From Desulfobacterales bacterium (GTDB taxonomy: Bacteria > Desulfobacterota > Desulfobacteria > Desulfobacterales > JAHEIW01): a DNA stretch of 51,791 nucleotides. A program made the position numbers and the translations under genes. A model generated the notes under the pieces. It searched no databases. It saw nothing but the letters and a program-made list of their open reading frames with translations, and was not told the origin of the DNA. Where the stretch lies: contig JASFEV010000002.1 in assembly GCA_050124655.1 (NCBI GenBank), positions 1-51,791 of the forward strand, in the 5' to 3' direction. Of this stretch, positions 47,477 through 51,791 are shown in pieces (positions within the stretch are counted from its first letter, which is position 1; the number at the start of each line of letters is the position of its first letter).

Positions 47477-48604
47477 TCAAATAAAGAAGCTCCACAGAAT
47501 ACCGGCGCAAATGGCCGATCCAATGACACCCGATGAATTGCATGCCATCCCATGCATCAGTAAAAAGTTGTTCGGATCCTCTTTGAGACCCATCAAATGG
47601 ACTTCACGGGCGGAACCCGGCACCGCGGACACACCGGCTGCGCCCAATAGCGGATTAATCTTTTCTTTTAAAAACAGATTCATAATTTTGGCAAAAATTA
47701 AGCCTGATGCAGTAGCAATTGAAAATGCCACTGCGCCGAGAAAGAATATGCCAAGGGATTTTGGCGTCAGAAAAACATCGGCCTGGGTGCTGCAGCCCAC
47801 CGTAAAACCCAAAAAGATTGTAGCGGTATCGATGATGGCTGATTGAGCGGTGTTGGCCAGCCGATTAACCACACCACATTCTTTTAAAAAATTTCCCAAA
47901 AACAGCATCCCCAGTAACGGCAGGGCCGTCGGCGCCAGAAAGCAGCACAGCAGGACGCCCGCAACCGGAAATATCATGAGTTCTTTTTTAGAGACCGCTC
48001 TGGCCGGCGGCATTTTGATCAGCCTTTCTTTTTTGGTGGTCAACAATCGCATGATCGGCGGCTGAATAACGGGTATCAAGGCCATATATGAATACGCTGC
48101 GATGGCGATAGGACCAATCAGGTGCGGTGCCAGTTTTGCCGTTAAAAAGATGGATGTCGGCCCATCGGCCCCACCGATAATCGCAATTGAAGCCGCTTCC
48201 TTGGGCGCAAATCCAAAAAACAGGGCGCCCAGCAGAGTAAAATAGATGCCCATCTGGGCCGCTGCGCCCAGAAGCATTAATTTGGGCTGGGCCAGTAACG
48301 ATGAAAAATCGGTCATGGCGCCCAAACCCATAAACACGATCGACGGATATACACCGGTGGTGACGCCAAAATAAAGGTAATGCAAAACACTGTTCGGCTC
48401 ATAGATGCCGATACCAAAGCCTTTGAAAAAGGGGATATTTCCCACCAATATGCCAAAGCCAATGGGAACCAGCAGCAGCGGCTCGTATTTTTTGGCGGTT
48501 CCCAGATATAGAAATATGCAGCCCACCACCAGCATGATGTAATTTCGATAGTCGGCCAGATAATATCCCGTGTTTACCAGAAATTGAAATAATAGATCGA
48601 ACAT
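47477..48604 (-). CDS. Sodium ion-translocating decarboxylase beta subunit (OadB/GcdB/MmdB family)
   Basis: 375 aa polytopic membrane protein. The N-terminus YIMLVVGCIFLYLGTAKKYEPLLLVPIGFGILVGNIP and IIGGADGPTSIF are characteristic of this family. Confidence 0.88.
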   Translation of the reverse strand: MFDLLFQFLVNTGYYLADYRNYIMLVVGCIFLYLGTAKKYEPLLLVPIGFGILVGNIPFFKGFGIGIYEPNSVLHYLYFGVTTGVYPSIVFMGLGAMTDFSSLLAQPKLMLLGAAAQMGIYFTLLGALFFGFAPKEAASIAIIGGADGPTSIFLTAKLAPHLIGPIAIAAYSYMALIPVIQPPIMRLLTTKKERLIKMPPARAVSKKELMIFPVAGVLLCCFLAPTALPLLGMLFLGNFLKECGVVNRLANTAQSAIIDTATIFLGFTVGCSTQADVFLTPKSLGIFFLGAVAFSIATASGLIFAKIMNLFLKEKINPLLGAAGVSAVPGSAREVHLMGLKEDPNNFLLMHGMACNSSGVIGSAICAGILWSFFI

Positions 48605-48624
48605 GGCTTAACCCTTATTTATCA

Positions 48625-49047
48625 TTAATATTCATTCCAGGTGAACGTGCCATCCCCTTGAGCCGCTAATATGCCTGCTTCCTGCAAGCGTTGAATTGAC
48701 AGATGCGGATGCGGCATGTCATTTTTATTAGCAATTTCGAACACTTGAGAAAGTTTAAATGGTTCTTCCAGTTCCTCAATCAGCGGTTTGTACGCCTCAA
48801 CGAGTTTCTCTACCGACGGAAGTCGTTGCTCGCCGTATTTCATTTCCACTGTTTCTTGCGGCTCAACGGCAGCGGGCTGTTGCTTGAATCGGCTGATAAC
48901 CCTTTGTCGATCCTCCCATATTTGAAGCAGTCGGTGAATCTGGGATATAACAAATGACAGTACAACCAGGCCCGAAAAGACGATCGATGCGCCTGCCGCC
49001 GCAATGGCCCATCCATTATTGTTCGTTATGTTTTCTAAGCCAAACAC
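48625..49047 (-). CDS. OadG-like small membrane subunit with an extra about 90-aa C-terminal soluble domain
   Basis: It has a single N-terminal TM segment (GWAIAAAGASIVFSGLVVLSFVISQI) and sits directly upstream of the beta subunit. The OadG assignment rests on position and topology. Confidence 0.45.
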   Translation of the reverse strand: MFGLENITNNNGWAIAAAGASIVFSGLVVLSFVISQIHRLLQIWEDRQRVISRFKQQPAAVEPQETVEMKYGEQRLPSVEKLVEAYKPLIEELEEPFKLSQVFEIANKNDMPHPHLSIQRLQEAGILAAQGDGTFTWNEY

Positions 49048-49248
49048 TTTATGCCTCCATGTTCAATATGTGTATCCTGGTGAACTTTTTCTCCCGCGGA
49101 AAGTAGACCGATCAGGCAAGATATGAAAGATAAGAGATGGTTCCGCTATTGGGTAGTAAACGATTTAATTGGTCACACATCATTAGAGATGTCAATAAAA
49201 AACCTCCAATCCAATTCAAATTTAAATAGAGCGAAGCCAGTGCGAATT

Positions 49249-49262
49249 GTTTCACGTGAAAC
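49249..49262. promoter_or_regulatory. Perfect 14-bp palindrome GTTTCACGTGAAAC (copy 2 of 2)
   Basis: Read directly, in the 594-bp divergent region between the OadG-like gene and the BMP-family gene. Confidence 0.5.
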
Positions 49263-49641
49263 CTCGTTCAATAGGCTCTGGCATAAAGGAACAGATAACT
49301 TGATAAAAGCTGATATGCGCTTTGTTATTAATATCATTGAAGATATCGCTTTACAACATTTTACACATTCTAACCATTTGAAATGTATATAAATAAATTT
49401 TTATGATTTTGAAATTCAGACTTGACCACAGGCAATTTTTTTATTTATAAAGGCAAGATCCTTTAAAGCATGTGTGTCGCGCACTAGCGCATCTTGTGAT
49501 CCCTATTGATAGAGCAAAGGATCCTTCTGGGGGGATCGGATATCATCGGATCAAAGTAGCAGACGCTTTAAGGAATTATATCGTTTCTCCCGCCGGTGAC
49601 GATACGTGTTTCTCATTACACCTTAAGAAGGAGGACAATTC

Positions 49642-50835
49642 ATGACAAAAAAAATATTTCCCGGTTTCGCAACCATCTGTCTTGTTTTTGCCTTCATATT
49701 GGCCGGCGCTGGTTTGGTAGCGGCGGAACAAAAGCCCAACGTCTTCGGGTTGCTTCTCGTCGGGCCATACAACGACCATGGCTGGAGTCAGGCCCATTAT
49801 GAGGGCGGCAAGTATGTCGAGAAAATGGTGCCGGGCACCAAGATGATTTACATTGACAAAGTGAATCCGGCCGATCGCCAGGGAGTCACAATTCCGCAAC
49901 TCGTTGACGATATGGTCGAAAAAGGCGCCAAGCTGATCATTGCCAACTCTGACGACATGAAAGACGGCACGCGCGAAGCAGCGGCCATGCATCCGGATGT
50001 CTACTTTATTCATATCTCCGGAGACGATGTACTGACCGGCAAGGCTCCCAAGAATTTGAGCAATTTAATGGGGCGCATGGAATACGGCAAGATGATGGCC
50101 GGTTTTGCGGCTGCTCTTACCACCAAGACCGGAAAAATTGGCTATCTGGGACCCCTCATCAACGAAGAGACGCGCCGACTGGCTGCTTGCGCCTACCTGG
50201 GTGCTAAATATGCCTGGGCGAATGTGCTTAAAAAAGACCCCAAAGAGCTGAAGTTTCAGGTCACCTGGATCGGCTTCTGGTTCAACATCCCCGGTGTAAC
50301 GGCTGACCCGACCCAGGTGGCGCAAAATTTCTTCAACACCGGCTTTGATGTGTTGATATCCGGTATCGACACGACCGAAGCGGTGGTGGTCGCCAAACAG
50401 AAAAAACAGGAAGGCAAAGCCGTCTGGGCTATCCCGTATGACTACATCGGTGCCTGTGAAGGCGCGGATGACGTCTGCCTGGGCGTACCGTATTTTAACT
50501 GGGGGCCGGGTTATGTGGACTTTGTCAAAGCGGCTTTCTCCGGCAAATGGCAATCCAAGTGGATTTGGCTGGGGCCGGACTGGAAAGATATCAACAATCC
50601 TGACACCAGCACCATCGGCTTTACCAAAGGACCGGCGCTTGCAGCGGATGCCCAAAAACATCTGGCAGGTTTTATCAAGGGCTTAGGCTCCAAAAAGATC
50701 AACCTGTTCAAAGGGCCTTTGAACTATCAGGACGGCAGCCCGTTTGTTAAAGCCGGCCAGAAGGCCAGCGACAAGCAGATCTGGTATATGGAGCAGTTGT
50801 TGGAGGGGATGGAGGGGGCCAGTAGCGCCAAGTAA
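49642..50835 (+). CDS. BMP-family (PnrA/TmpC-like) ABC transporter substrate-binding protein
   Basis: 397 aa. Signal peptide, then LLLVGPYNDHGWSQAHYEG and GYLGPLINEETRR typical of PF02608 proteins. GGAGG ribosome-binding site upstream. Followed by an ABC ATPase. Confidence 0.88.
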   Translation: MTKKIFPGFATICLVFAFILAGAGLVAAEQKPNVFGLLLVGPYNDHGWSQAHYEGGKYVEKMVPGTKMIYIDKVNPADRQGVTIPQLVDDMVEKGAKLIIANSDDMKDGTREAAAMHPDVYFIHISGDDVLTGKAPKNLSNLMGRMEYGKMMAGFAAALTTKTGKIGYLGPLINEETRRLAACAYLGAKYAWANVLKKDPKELKFQVTWIGFWFNIPGVTADPTQVAQNFFNTGFDVLISGIDTTEAVVVAKQKKQEGKAVWAIPYDYIGACEGADDVCLGVPYFNWGPGYVDFVKAAFSGKWQSKWIWLGPDWKDINNPDTSTIGFTKGPALAADAQKHLAGFIKGLGSKKINLFKGPLNYQDGSPFVKAGQKASDKQIWYMEQLLEGMEGASSAK

Positions 50836-50863
50836 TTTTTAATTTCTAAAAGGGTCTTTTTCC

Positions 50864-50948
50864 GATGAGCGTTGTTCTCCGCGGATTTCAGCCTTCGACG
50901 TACGACCAGTACGCCGAAGGCTAAAATCCTTGTGCGGCCGCGCTCATC
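50864..50948. repeat. About 85-nt nested palindrome in the transporter operon spacer
   Basis: Three nested pairings: GATGAGCG with CGCTCATC, CCGCGGATTTCAGCCTTCG with CGAAGGCTAAAATCC..GCGG, and CGTAC with GTACG. Confidence 0.8.
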
Positions 50949-51064
50949 AAAAAAATCCCTAATTAATAAATTAAAAATAGTTTTTTCTATTTATTCTCAG
51001 TTAGTGAATCCTTATACTCGATATAATCCACCACAATATTTCAGTAAGTTCTTACCGAGATGAT

Positions 51065-51106
51065 AAAGTGCAGAAGAATGTGCATTCTTTCTGCACTTTT
51101 TGTTTT
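51065..51106 (+). terminator. Rho-independent terminator
   Basis: AAAGTGCAGAAGAATG-TG-CATTCTTTCTGCACTTT followed by TTTGTTTT. Confidence 0.7.
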
Positions 51107-51128
51107 CTGCTTTCAATTGCGCATTTCC

Positions 51129-51160
51129 ATTACTCCATTACTCCACCACTCCAGTACTCC
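51129..51160. repeat. Four tandem 8-mers ATTACTCC-ATTACTCC-ACCACTCC-AGTACTCC
   Basis: Read directly. No inverted partner seen nearby. Confidence 0.9.
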
Positions 51161-51230
51161 AAGGTAAAAAAAATCCCTTTGTACTCTCCGTTGAAATACG
51201 TTAATAGCTCTGATGTGGAGGAAGGGATGG

Positions 51231-51791
51231 ATGATGCAAATTGAGCTGCAGGATATCCACAAATATTATGGGCCCGTTAAAGCCAACAACGGCGTTGATT
51301 TAAAGGTGCTGCCCGGTGAGATCCACGGCATTCTGGGCGAAAACGGTGCCGGCAAAAGTACCTTGATGAAAATCCTGGCGGGGTTCAGTCTGCCGACCCG
51401 GGGCACGATTATGGCTGACGATGTTGAGGTTGATTACCGCAATCCGGCCCGGGCCGCCGATCTGGGTATCGGCATGCTCTATCAGGATCCGCTCGATTTT
51501 CCGTTGTTGACCGTGCTGGACAATTTTATGCTCGGCCAGACCGAAGGCCTCAACCCGCAGCGTAAAAGCTTTCGCCGGCGGTTTGCCGATCTTTCGGACG
51601 CCCTGCATTTTGATTTAAAGTCGGATGCGGCCTTAAACTCGCTGACCATCGGCGAGCGCCAGCAACTTGAGATCATTCGGCTCATGTCGCTGGGTATTCA
51701 GGTGCTGATCCTGGATGAGCCGACCACCGGCATTTCCAGCACACAGAAGGCGGTTCTGTTTGAGGCCCTCGAGAAACTGGCCACCGAGGGC
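51231..51791 (+). CDS. ABC transporter ATP-binding protein (sugar/nucleoside type), N-terminal 187 codons; runs off the right edge
   Basis: Not in the ORF track because it has no stop in the window. GGAGGAAGGG ribosome-binding site, then ATGATG at 51231. MQIELQDIHKYYGPVKANNGVDLKV, Walker A GENGAGKST, signature-like LTIGERQQLEI and Walker B LILDEPT. Confidence 0.9.
   Translation, partial: MMQIELQDIHKYYGPVKANNGVDLKVLPGEIHGILGENGAGKSTLMKILAGFSLPTRGTIMADDVEVDYRNPARAADLGIGMLYQDPLDFPLLTVLDNFMLGQTEGLNPQRKSFRRRFADLSDALHFDLKSDAALNSLTIGERQQLEIIRLMSLGIQVLILDEPTTGISSTQKAVLFEALEKLATEG

Noticed and set aside
50872-51063. 63-aa ORF in the transporter spacer
   Set aside because: It runs through the nested palindrome, has an odd basic/Ser-rich composition and has no ribosome-binding site. 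It is more likely non-coding.

Overview
This is a bacterial chromosomal window. Its gene content (sigma-54 enhancer-binding regulator, Na+-translocating decarboxylase beta subunit, B12/radical-SAM protein next to Rng, EndoQ-like nuclease) suggests an anaerobic Desulfobacterota-type organism, but that is inference only. Two replication and housekeeping hallmark clusters are present. One is RdgC-like, dnaN, gyrB at 1.6-6.6 kb. The other is rpmH-rnpA-yidD-yidC-jag-mnmE at 40.1-44.9 kb. No dnaA or recF lies anywhere in the 52 kb. Between and around these clusters are: a thymidylate-synthase-like gene, an aminotransferase, nadE, a two-component/sigma-54 module, an SLC13 permease with four TrkA-C domains, a 2042-aa thioester-containing alpha-2-macroglobulin, asnS, htrA/degP, a radical-SAM plus RNase G pair, a YkgJ-type Cys-cluster protein, an FGE-like enzyme, an OadB/OadG-like pair, and the start of a BMP-type ABC transporter. 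Three real genes are missing from the supplied ORF track: an EndoQ-like gene running off the left edge, rpmH (44 aa), and an ABC ATPase running off the right edge. I found no defence system, CRISPR array, transposase, integrase, tRNA or rRNA. The unusual content is non-coding. Many intergenic regions are long (0.6-1.3 kb). They carry hairpin-forming elements built from tandem 7-10-nt words, with different words at different loci. The most notable is a tandem pair (plus a degenerate third copy) of about 200-bp structured units upstream of the alpha-2-macroglobulin gene, which show compensatory base changes. I also see two candidate sigma-54 promoters, a histidine kinase cut off inside its HAMP domain next to a solo repeat arm, and a 14-bp perfect palindrome (GTTTCACGTGAAAC) present twice. 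All functional calls rest on motif recognition by eye; no database search was run.
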